DNA from: a virus | IMG/VR virus record: IMGVR_UViG_3300033141_003979 | Coordinates: 32,001 to 96,000 of that record | Strand: one strand, 5' to 3' | Length of the DNA: 64,000 nt | In this document: positions 10,101 to 19,100 of the stretch, in pieces | How positions within the stretch are numbered: the stretch's first letter is position 1 | Layout of the letters: every line of letters begins with the position of its first letter | Notes under the pieces: model-generated | Database searches by the model: none | The model's input: the letters and a program-made list of their open reading frames with translations, nothing else | Told to the model about the DNA's origin: nothing | Program-made: the position numbers and the translations under genes

Positions 10101-11998
10101 CGAATAAACGGCACACATTCGTAATGACTAGTATCATATTGCTGACCCCGCCAAAATACCCTTTTAGCTTTTGGGTCTCCCAATGTCTCATCAGGATCTT
10201 CAAAGGCAAGAAGCATTCCCGATCTGTCTGTAGAGTCGTCACTTTCTTTTTTAACTTCAACGAAGGTAAGATCACTGCTATCAGTCACAACCTCTAGTGC
10301 CCCTTCAGCATCGTCTATCCAATCGGCTGCCGTCTCCCACGTACCCGCAGCGATCATTACATTGTCTATATAAAGTTTTCGGGCGCTAACACCTAATTGT
10401 TGTAAGTTTGTAATAGAGCCACCAAAATAAAGTTTATCGAGGGTTTTTGATGCACCTTCATCCGCCTCCTGTACGGCTCCTACAACCCCATTATCCGTAA
10501 ATCGCCATCCGCAGGTGTTTGTCCCTTTACGATAAAACTCAACCCTATGCCATTCACCCGTAGCAAAAGCTACGTCGTTTCCTACTTGAACTCCATTATG
10601 TTCAAGATATATCTTCCCATCAATTGTGGTGATAACTTCTATATACTCAGAATCATCAGCGATGCGACACTGAAAAATTATTTTCTCATTATGTGTCGTT
10701 GCAAAATTGAGATAAAGCCGAAATGAACCAATTATATCAGCTGTATCAAAATTCCCATCATATTTCAGTCTTGAACGGGCTACAATGTCATCCTTATACT
10801 CAAACTCGCAGTATGTGCCAGAGCGTCCTCCGATACCAGAAGCATCTGCATCTATAGAAGAGTTAGAGCCTACGACAGAAGGAACATAAACAACATTTGA
10901 ATTGTCTGTATGTCCAGTAATATCTACGCCAGGGAGGAGGTTTATATCGGCTTCCTCAAAAGACTCCCTGAATATAATTTTATTCCCATTGGTAGGCACA
11001 TAGCCGGGGAGAACTCGTTCATCTGCTCCACCGCCAAGCCACTCGTTAGGTTCAAGAATTTGTTTTCTACAACCAAAGGTTACAAACGTTTTTCCACCAC
11101 CAGACATTATGGCTTCTTCATAAAAAGGTGAAGGACTCGGTGAAACACTAGGACTAAGTGATAGACTGATTGACGGGGATAGGCTTAGTGATATAGACGG
11201 ACTCAAACTTGCCGATGGACTAATTGATGGCGACATACTTGGTGAAATACTCAAACTAATTGATGAAGATATACTAGCTGACAGGCTCAATGACGGCGAT
11301 ATACTTGCACTAATTGATGGTGATATACTTGGACTTGGTGAACCTAGGAGGGCATTTAAGGCTATTTGATAGCCATGCCATTCTGCACCAGTAACATGCC
11401 CATCATAATCAACCGTACCAGAATACGTGTCTATATTTGCTTGTGCTTTAGATCCCATGCAGATATTACCATCCTGCCTGAATACTGCCTCGTGAGTTGT
11501 AGAGCCAGCCTCTACGGTTACATCGGCATCTGTAGCTGCTGCATTAGTCAACGCAGTAGCTACAATAATCAAAGTATCAGTTTCTGTTGTTGTTATATCA
11601 CTACATGTTGCAGTACCAGCAGCATCTATAGTATCATCGCTCTTCGCAGATGAAACATCAATAAGATCCCCTTGTCTTGTTCCTTCTATTCGGAGAATAG
11701 CCCCTCCCCAACCTCCTTGCCCACTCAAACCTGTCCAAGTATAGTTTGCCCCTTCACCTGAAGCACTAGTAATATACTTATAACAAATTACTGAAGATAA
11801 ATCTCTACCAGTAGTGGTATTCTGTTGATAGAGTTGTGTCCATCCTACCGGTATGCCAATTGCTGGAGTATCATCTCCCCTCGAAACACAGGCAATCAGT
11901 AAATCGTTGTCTTGCAGATCAGCAGGTTTATTTATAACAAAACTAGCGGCGGCAACAGTATCATTTTGTGTACTAGTTTTATATTCTGGAGATGCCAT
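7166..11998 (-). CDS. 1610-aa mosaic protein: N-terminal beta domain, Ser-Pro tract, LamG-like domain, PhoD-like metallophosphatase with insertions
   Basis: DFTAIVPITGLTANKTYYY (PhoD N-domain), PDLVWKLGD, IFSDHDFLVNN, FIVIDIRHKRD, GGDRHCG. Confidence 0.7.
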   Translation of the reverse strand: MASPEYKTSTQNDTVAAASFVINKPADLQDNDLLIACVSRGDDTPAIGIPVGWTQLYQQNTTTGRDLSSVICYKYITSASGEGANYTWTGLSGQGGWGGAILRIEGTRQGDLIDVSSAKSDDTIDAAGTATCSDITTTETDTLIIVATALTNAAATDADVTVEAGSTTHEAVFRQDGNICMGSKAQANIDTYSGTVDYDGHVTGAEWHGYQIALNALLGSPSPSISPSISASISPSLSLSASISSSISLSISPSMSPSISPSASLSPSISLSLSPSISLSLSPSVSPSPSPFYEEAIMSGGGKTFVTFGCRKQILEPNEWLGGGADERVLPGYVPTNGNKIIFRESFEEADINLLPGVDITGHTDNSNVVYVPSVVGSNSSIDADASGIGGRSGTYCEFEYKDDIVARSRLKYDGNFDTADIIGSFRLYLNFATTHNEKIIFQCRIADDSEYIEVITTIDGKIYLEHNGVQVGNDVAFATGEWHRVEFYRKGTNTCGWRFTDNGVVGAVQEADEGASKTLDKLYFGGSITNLQQLGVSARKLYIDNVMIAAGTWETAADWIDDAEGALEVVTDSSDLTFVEVKKESDDSTDRSGMLLAFEDPDETLGDPKAKRVFWRGQQYDTSHYECVPFIRKEGLGVASTPKSSGFSPGGEVGDAVWADFYFLAVNDPEGDGAWSWAQIKEAYGYIRASAQDFSGYRISDCYAEVISGATGDAFVTHEPLVACVSSTELRIWLRISEASSVRIRYGTVEGDVKTNSGDTDTSSATAITATDPKGYSKDFTAIVPITGLTANKTYYYDILVEQKNGCWQSAYELEGGASAYYWSTLPSCKTFQAPGTRSDMVVAAGADEHHQEQDHNVFTSMSAKTPDLVWKLGDEWSISPEIATVDEAQVIRNIVYERRGSQLSNYWQQFELYNKYPAAHIFSDHDFLVNNANCVGGGNYDDALNAYMVPTALRVYKEMTPLPDLHMGNNYEGAHTDGSDVTLVDTSPPEFQITYDAYTGNLTQGEGVTWGIDGVGTLLHDERQDGTGTYQLVIEYTSGSYPSDDEVVIGDDSSAEATIDGSYGFPTVSKYGLYPGQCIRYLDETDESVCEYSFVKYIGGTTIHFCQALSDGKDFSTTENIRYLVQRASLCHTFDMDNIRFIVIDIRHKRDPNWTFGGCKLDTIAYGLVINQLSKPLVGGNTVDDQDSMEIDSVDTHNIFNYTGDLTSFVNRWDMVEVRTAADGEGDVVGHFLVEEVTDTYVKIAWETCNDDTVEANHFMYFYESGSSIHSTPEEAINAGHIFRTFVEDIFTDRTDPNIDYYCLVSETPIFHGEAGQGDKWCDYDGMCFWIELLDEIGVGDTQWEAIDDVDGTRMRSRKPFLNSDGGALKPGAVARDNSLITASRTVMEEVFSADEIDGNEQVWYWNAGEKKVEVDDVIPAESTTIQIYKPDFWRRCAAREYNVRQWLAHNGIGLGGDRHCGFLDDGSHADDGWPNIGASPLGRHASIISCRQYRVGGYRSYYHAGMAANHDYLSDPIRLISFAHIQILNSEEKWKVEICERLGAVVNNATESDGIPDEPPDPEFMGLMTMDFSFESRVISETFDPDAAVDDDWDSDNTDQSYWEDIP
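11125..11345 (-). repeat. Ser-Pro-Ser-X coding repeat
   Basis: [21 protein letters not shown]... tract of about 70 aa. Confidence 0.9.
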
Positions 11999-12001
11999 TA
12001 G

Positions 12002-12415
12002 TTAATCATCCAAGCTAAGGTTGCAATCCCCAGCATCTAATATGAGTTGATCGTCTTCAGTAATTATAACACCGCCCGTAATAGTTCCCCCAATTAAAAA
12101 ATCCCCGTTACTAGGATCAGGATGGTTCCACAAACCAACATAAGGAATAGAAACCCCACCATTCCAATCCCCTCCAGCAGCTTGCGGAAAAGTAATTGCT
12201 GCCCCATTATCAGATGTTCCTGCTGCCCATGCGTTCCAATTTGCAGCAATCACCTGCACACGATCATAAGCATTTTCTTCAGTTATTTCATTTGAACCAT
12301 CATTTCCAGGTGTTGCTGAATGCAAAGCAATGTAGATGTCATCAGTTTCGAATCCATAATTAACTTTACCTAGTAAATGATTTAAAAATGCTTCCTGTAA
12401 ATATTCACCTAACAT
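12002..12415 (-). CDS. Conserved phage tail-fibre-associated small protein
   Basis: YLQEAFLNHL...IYIALHSATPG...NEIT...YDRV...AITFPQA...W...YVGLW pattern, common in phage structural modules. Confidence 0.65.
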   Translation of the reverse strand: MLGEYLQEAFLNHLLGKVNYGFETDDIYIALHSATPGNDGSNEITEENAYDRVQVIAANWNAWAAGTSDNGAAITFPQAAGGDWNGGVSIPYVGLWNHPDPSNGDFLIGGTITGGVIITEDDQLILDAGDCNLSLDD

Positions 12416-12424
12416 AGTATCCTC

Positions 12425-13564
12425 CTAACACCGTACCAATTCCATATCTGTTTCAAAAGCCATACTTGTTGTCAAAGACGATTCAAAAGCAATGATCTTC
12501 AATATCCTTGAAGTTGCCGGCGAAGGACTCGGCGAAGCCGACACGCTCAAGGATATTGAAGGGCTAATACTTAGCGAAATAGACGGGGAAATGCTCAGAG
12601 ATATTGATGTTGAAGGAGACAGAGAAATGCTTGCACTTGGCGATATGCTCGAACTTGGACTGACTGATGGGCTAATTGATAGACTGATACTAGGTGACAG
12701 GCTCAAGGAAATAGAAGCAGAAGGAGAGACCGAAGGGCTAATACTTAATGATATACTTGCTGATGGAGAAACCGAAGCAGATATTGATAAGCTTACCGAT
12801 GGAGAAATACTTGCACTCAAACTAGCAGACGGGCTTATACTTGCACTCGGACTGAGTGATGGAGAAACACTCGCACTAAACGATGCTGATGGAGAAATAC
12901 TTGCACTCGGACTCACAGACGGCGAAATGCTTGCGCTCAGACTTGCCGATGAAGAAACTGATGGACTGATTGATGCTGATGGACTGACCGAGGCAGAAAT
13001 ACTTGGTGAAATGCTTAGCGATATACTTGCCGATGGACTGATCGATGGACTAATACTTGCCGATGGAGAAATCGAAGGGCTTATGCTCAAACTTATGCTT
13101 GCGCTTAATGATGGAGATATACTAGCAGATGGAGATACTGAAGCTGATGGACTGATTCCGGTGATGCGTAATACCACATCCTGAACATATTCAATAGGGG
13201 CAGGACTCGGACTTGGTGATGGTGATGGGGATATTGAAAGGCTCACTGAAGCTGAAAGAGATGGAGAAAGACTTGCCGATGGGCTGATTGATGGACTAAT
13301 ACTTGGTGAAATACTAGGACTGATTGACGCCGAAATGCTCGGGCTAACACTTGAAGATATTGAAGGGCTGAGGCTTGCACTTGGTGAAATGCTTGCTGAA
13401 ATGCTTGGGCTGATTGATGGGCTCAAACTAGCTGACGGACTGATACCAGAGATACGTAATACAACATCCTGAACATACTCGGTTGTTGCTTCATCTCTCG
13501 GAATCCCTCTAGTTGGAACTCCACGTCCTGGTAACCCTCTTTTTGGTACTCCTCTAGTCCCCAT
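12425..13564 (-). CDS. Almost entirely Ser-Pro-Ser-X repeat protein
   Basis: RGxP N-terminal repeats, two [10 protein letters not shown][S/T]G motifs, and a C-terminus homologous to that of 5610..7166. Confidence 0.75.
   Translation of the reverse strand: MGTRGVPKRGLPGRGVPTRGIPRDEATTEYVQDVVLRISGISPSASLSPSISPSISASISPSASLSPSISSSVSPSISASISPSISPSISPSISPSASLSPSLSASVSLSISPSPSPSPSPAPIEYVQDVVLRITGISPSASVSPSASISPSLSASISLSISPSISPSASISPSISPSASISLSISPSISASVSPSASISPSVSSSASLSASISPSVSPSASISPSASFSASVSPSLSPSASISPSASLSASISPSVSLSISASVSPSASISLSISPSVSPSASISLSLSPSISLSISPSVSPSSSISPSASISLSPSTSISLSISPSISLSISPSISLSVSASPSPSPATSRILKIIAFESSLTTSMAFETDMELVRC
12520..13445 (-). repeat. Ser-Pro-Ser-X coding repeat
   Basis: About 300 aa of alternating Ser. 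Confidence 0.9.
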
Positions 13565-13573
13565 ACTTAACCC

Positions 13574-15421
13574 TTATAAAGTAGAAGTCATTTTAACTTG
13601 AACATATCCCAAAGATACAAATGGTATAGTATAATTATTCCATCCAGCTCCTTCACAGGCTACTTTTGTTGCTCCGTGTCTATAATCCATATCCACGTCA
13701 TCCCCTGTAGGATCATAATTATTTTGCAATAATGTCACAGTAAAGGCGCCTGTGTTAACTACTTCAGACACCATATTTTCCCCTGCATTCAATTCAAGCC
13801 GTTCAGCATCACCAGCATTCGCTATTACCCCAGTCCCTGTCCAATGCCAAGCAAATGTACGTACATTTGTCTCAGTCACAGCTGTAACATGTCCCCAACA
13901 AGTATCCCCAGGTATTGCAGGTGAAGGAGATGGGGATATTGAAGGGCTAACTGAAGGCGATAAAGATGGACTCAATGACGGTGATATACTAGGTGAAATG
14001 CTCGGGCTGATTGAGGCTGAAGGACTATATGATGCAGAGATACTTAGTGAAATGCTCAAGCTTATTGATGGGCTTATACTCGCACTTGGACTGATTGAAG
14101 GACTTAGGCTTGCACTCAGACTCGGCGATAAAGATGGTGAAATTGAAGCTGAAGGAGTAGATGGAGAATATGATGGGCTTATACTTGCCGATGGACTATA
14201 TGATGCCGATGGAGACGAAGAAATCGAAGCCGAAATCGAAGCCGAAGGGGTATCTGGTGATGGACTTGGTGATGGTGAAATCGATGGACTAATTGATGGT
14301 GAAATTGACAAACTAATTGATGGTGAAATGCTTGCAGATGGGCTTAATGATGGACTGATTGATGCCGACAATGACGGGCTTTCTTCCACAAACTCACTTG
14401 CCCCTACATCCCATCTAGCATCCGTACCAGCAGGCCTGGCATTTCCTTCTATACTAAAAGCATAAAGTGGATCAGGGGTAGTAAAGAAATTCATAGGGTT
14501 CCATGTGCCAGAAACATCATTAACTGGCGACATGCCGCAATTGCCCTCACCTAAATTATCGACACCATCCCTAGTAGATAGACTGGCCGTAGCTAAGTAA
14601 TCAGCATCTAGTGAGGCGTCCAAATCCAAACTGTTATCCCATGCAGTAGGAATTCCTCCAGCATCTAAGTCCGCTGTATCATCGTCAGCAGCGTTCCAAT
14701 CCGAAGGTACATCAATATCAACAGCAGGAAATACATCTCCCCCTATGTCCATTCCATAGCAACTAAAAATAATACCTGTGCCATCTGTTAGAGAAGAATA
14801 AAATCCTGCACCACAATCTGCCCCAGTACAACAAATACAGCCCATTGTATATCCTGCGGCCGGAGAGAATCTAAAAGCAAGATCCTCATGCCCATAGGAG
14901 ATACAAGCATAGGCCATACTGTCTTCACCAAACATCCGAAACCCCTGCGGATTTCCACCAGAAGAAACTCCATCATAGGCAATACAATGTATAAAAAACA
15001 CGAAGTCTGCGTCTTCACATCTGAAAATATGAGCACCTGTCGAACCAGTATAACTAGCACTTATTTTAACAATTCTACTATAGAAATCCTTAACTTCAAA
15101 AACAAAAACATTTGCTCCTGTATAAACAAACGTAGCTCCAGTTGCTACAGTACCAGCAAAAGGAGTAGCACAACTTGGTGAGGATTGAATCTTTCTATAG
15201 TGTGTTGCATCTACAATAGCATCTTGGAGTGCGACAGAATCATCATGTACTTGGCTATCATAGCAGTCGAGCACAAGAATACCAAGACCGGTGATATCTA
15301 CATCTGTATCAGCTTCCCAAGTGCCTAAAACACTATAATCTGGATCTCCAGCGCCAGGCAACGAACCGTTGCCTCCAGAATCATAGGTTCAAAGATATGG
15401 TGCTTGATCCCAACAAGCCAT
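13574..15421 (-). CDS. Putative virion protein (beta-helix-like domain plus Ser-Pro tract) with in-frame UGA at codon 11; candidate selenoprotein or readthrough product (615 aa)
   Basis: ATG 15421 overlaps the upstream stop (TAATG). Translation MACWDQAPYL*TYDSGGNGSLPGAGDPDY is in frame with the track ORF 13574..15361, which starts at TTG. Confidence 0.65.
13915..14380 (-). repeat. Ser-Pro-Ser-X coding repeat
   Basis: About 150 aa of alternating Ser. Confidence 0.9.
15333..15391 (-). promoter_or_regulatory. UGA plus SECIS-like stem-loop
   Basis: UGA (15391-15389), 14 nt, then AGGCAAC-GGUUC-GUUGCCU (15374-15356). A lower helix CUAUGAU-UCUGG / CCAGAUUAUAG is possible. Confidence 0.55.
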
Positions 15422-16119
15422 TAGCTAATAAGCCCCTTTTTTGGTTCTAACATATTCAGCCCATCAAAAGCGCTAACAATGCGACCCTTAAGTTTATCCC
15501 AGAAATCAGTCTTACCAAGAGATCTGGACACCGCAGGAGTATAAACATCGTGCCTGTCAAACATCCTTACGGTGTTGACCCCTAGTGTGTCTAAATCAGC
15601 AAGGGGCACACAGAACCTACGTTTTTTAATAATATCCGTTGGATTCGCACCAATATCCCACGATCCCGTTATATCGTAGTAAGGCTCGCATAAGGCTTCT
15701 ATCTTTGGACGATCTAAGTCGGTCACGGGGACAATTAAAAAATGCCTTCTTTCTAGATTGGTCCACCCATGACCCTCTGCTTTATGAGCAATAATATCTC
15801 CGGGTCGTGGCCTTTTGTCGGTCTTCATATCTTCGTGAACAGAATATAGGTTAGGGTCAAATCCTGTTGGATAATCAATACTTTTGCTAACAAGTTTATT
15901 TATAAGGACAGAACCAGCTTTAGCAATATCTGGCGTTAATTTGTTATAGGGGCCGTTCGCATAGCCTTTGCCATCAGCGCATGGAAAGTTCTTGTCGTAA
16001 TAATATGGCTCGCCATTCCAGCCATGAGCGACAACAGGGAAATGATCTGTCAGGCTTTTCTCCTTCATAAGATAACGATTTTTATAGTAAGCAAATAAAG
16101 CTAATTCAAAGTTAGCCAT
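15421..16119 (-). CDS. Hypothetical phage protein
   Basis: 232-aa ORF with a GAGAGGA RBS, inside the operon. Confidence 0.7.
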   Translation of the reverse strand: MANFELALFAYYKNRYLMKEKSLTDHFPVVAHGWNGEPYYYDKNFPCADGKGYANGPYNKLTPDIAKAGSVLINKLVSKSIDYPTGFDPNLYSVHEDMKTDKRPRPGDIIAHKAEGHGWTNLERRHFLIVPVTDLDRPKIEALCEPYYDITGSWDIGANPTDIIKKRRFCVPLADLDTLGVNTVRMFDRHDVYTPAVSRSLGKTDFWDKLKGRIVSAFDGLNMLEPKKGLIS

Positions 16120-16138
16120 CAGTCCTCTCTTCTATAAA

Positions 16139-19100
16139 TTAAGGAGTCAAAATCATAACAACTGTATCTTCATAATCTGCCCCTAACAAAGCCGTCAAAT
16201 TCTGAATATAAAACATGTCCTTGTAATCATAGTCTTCAAATTTCCAAGGAAGATAATTTACCATATCTTCAAACAATTCATCTTGAATGTAAATTTTGGC
16301 TTGAAACATATCGGCAGCTAAAGCAGGCGAACTACTATCTATTTCATTAGATCCAACAATTACAGCATGACTAAAATCACCCATGTACCACCAAGGATTA
16401 TACTTTTCGACTGAGGCCATAAAGTCACTGACGATATCAGACGCATTACTCTGTATAGTAGCCCCTAGTTCTGGGATTATTGGGTCAAACCCATGTAGCC
16501 TGAATGGGGCTTTGGCTACCCACGAAGAATAGGACTGTGTACTATCGATATCGTGTACTTGCCTAAAATCATTAGTTGCTGTCAGATTACCCTCAGCAGG
16601 CATCGGAGAAAGCCCTTGACTATATCCCCAATCTTCCCAATCTGTATAGTTATCGTCTGTACCAGGATGCGCTGCTCTTGCAAAATTAACCCAACCAGTA
16701 GCCGCATCATTACAAGTTGTAAACCAAGCAGTAATCATATCATCATAGTAGCCCTGAACCTCTGCTTCCGTGGCCGCATCTCCCCGATAATTTGCCATTT
16801 CTATCATCGCATACATAGCAGCAACTTGCTTGACGGGGTGGAAATTACCAGACGTCCAAGTAACCCACTCAAAGAAGCCACTATCAGCTTCCCAGGTATG
16901 GTTTGCGTCATTGTCAAATAAAGCGTACATAGTATCGACTACAAAATCCCAGACATCTCCACCCCCTAATGCCTCATCCAGCTTGGCCCAGTCATCGCTT
17001 CTTTGGCAGTATTTATAAAGCCCATAAATTCTATCAGCTATATCATTCCTATTTGACCAACGCCAGCGGCGATAAGGAGATGTATTGTTACAAGTAGTTT
17101 CAAGGGAATGAGTATCATAATCAAGACAACCCCAGACATAGGCATATAAGTTACTGTCTAAAATATAGGTATCAACCAAATTACTCAAATATAATATTGT
17201 ATTTGCCTTCAGGGGCTCTTCAAGATATGGGAGTGCATCTGAAAGTGTCCTTAAAACTTCTCCATCTTTCCAAAATACTTCCTCGGGTGCAGTTGAACTT
17301 TGAGCCCAAAACATTTGCGTAGCCGGATCTAAGTGTGCATCATCATCGACTATATCCTGTACCACTGCGTTAAGAAGTGTTTTCACATTATTTCTTGACA
17401 AACCTAAGTCTGGCGGTGCCACAAACAAATCTAGAGGATCATAGGTATTGCTTGCTTCTGGTGATTCATGAGTCAAGCAGAACAGATGCCCCCAGCTTAC
17501 CCAAAAAACTTCATTTCCGGCAACCACTACAGGGCTAACAGAATCATTTGCTCCCCCGATACCGCCAGTTGTCGAACATCCGAAGCGAGTAAAGAATTTA
17601 TGCATTCCATCTGGATAAATAGTGGTTGGTGTACTGTCTATCAAAAGAGGTTTTCTGTGAGTACCGAATCCATCCCCATAAACAGTTGTGTTAAGTGCCG
17701 GTGTCTCAATATCATAGTATCCTATATCTTCACTTAGAGTCTGATAAAACCTATCATTTACCAGCGTGTAACGACCTATCTCATCTGGCCTCATTACAAA
17801 CGTAGGACTATCATCTTCATCAGCAATTTGAATGCAACTTCCATCATCTAAATCTACCTTAACAAGCCTGTCATCATGATCTAGTGGATCTGTGTAAGCC
17901 CCACCATAGGGCACAAAATAGGCATATCCATCATTACTGATTACTGGCGTGTAAAGCCCCCAGTAACCAAGATAAAGCGGAGTATAGGCTGATCCGCTCC
18001 ACAAATCTGTTCCGTCTGTAGCGTTGAAATAAAATAACGGTCTACGCTCTCCATAAGCTGTATAATATGTATTGTACTCAGAAAGGACAGTTGCAATAGC
18101 CTTATACCCGACAGGCTCAGTATCGTATAGAAGTGCGTTTGGTGCATTTTCCCCCACAAAGGAGTAATCATTTCCTGGCTTGCGTGTGACAAATATAACT
18201 ACTTTAGTGCCTCCGTCACCTTTACCATAAACAGCCATTGTGCGTTTTGTGAATACCCCCTTCATTGTAGCTGTCCATAACTCCGTACCATTTTCCCTCA
18301 AGGCATAAGCGGTATTTGCCCCTGACTGAAAAAATATCGCTGATTCTATTGGAGTCGTTTCTACTTCACCAATAGCAGCCGTACACGATATAGGGCTATC
18401 GGCTGGGTAAGTCCATAAAAGAACCCCAGTAGAAAAGTCATAAGCTTTAAAGTTGCCACCAATATTCCCTACAAAGACCTTGTTGTTATGCACCGCAGGA
18501 GTAACCCAAAGGGAGTCCCCCGTGTCAGCACTCCATATAAGATTACCAGCATCACTCAGACAATAGAGATAACCATCTGTCGAGGCAGCTAGAATACGCA
18601 GATTATTATCTTTGTCACGATCTACTGTTAATGCACTAGGGAGAGCCCCTCCACAGGGGTAAGACCAATCAGTTGTCCCGTCGGATGTATCTAAAGCGTA
18701 AACTTTACCATTCATCAAACCAATATAAACTACATCACCAACAACTACTGGTTCTGCTTCAATCTCTATTCTCTCACCCAAGAATCTGCGCCACCTAAGA
18801 TTTAAGACTCCACTATCTAATTCAAGATCATAAGGGACAAAATAATGCCTATCCATCGAACCACCACGAGTGGGCCACTCTGGTAGATAGATTTTGTAGG
18901 CTACATCATCTGATGTAGCGGCGATGGGAATAGTTATTAGCGCATCTCCATTACTTTCAATAACGTCTGTGGAATTAATGAGGCCCGTATCTGTGTCCCA
19001 CTCCTCTAATATAAAATCAGTATCCGCCATACCTGTCATGGTAAAAGTAAGGTTATTAGGATTTGTTGGGGTTATTCCAGCAGAACAATCAACAGCCCCT

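Noticed and set aside
5700-14380. Repeat tracts as a CRISPR array or DGR template/variable repeats
   Set aside because: There is no constant repeat-unique spacer pattern, variation is synonymous rather than adenine-specific, and no cas or reverse transcriptase gene is in the window.
5755-14465. Long acidic plus-strand ORFs (5755..6636, 12492..13184, 13752..14465) with GL.DG repeats
   Set aside because: They are antisense shadows that coincide with the Ser-Pro tracts, whose restricted codons rarely give stops on the other strand. They oppose the operon direction and I saw no convincing RBS.
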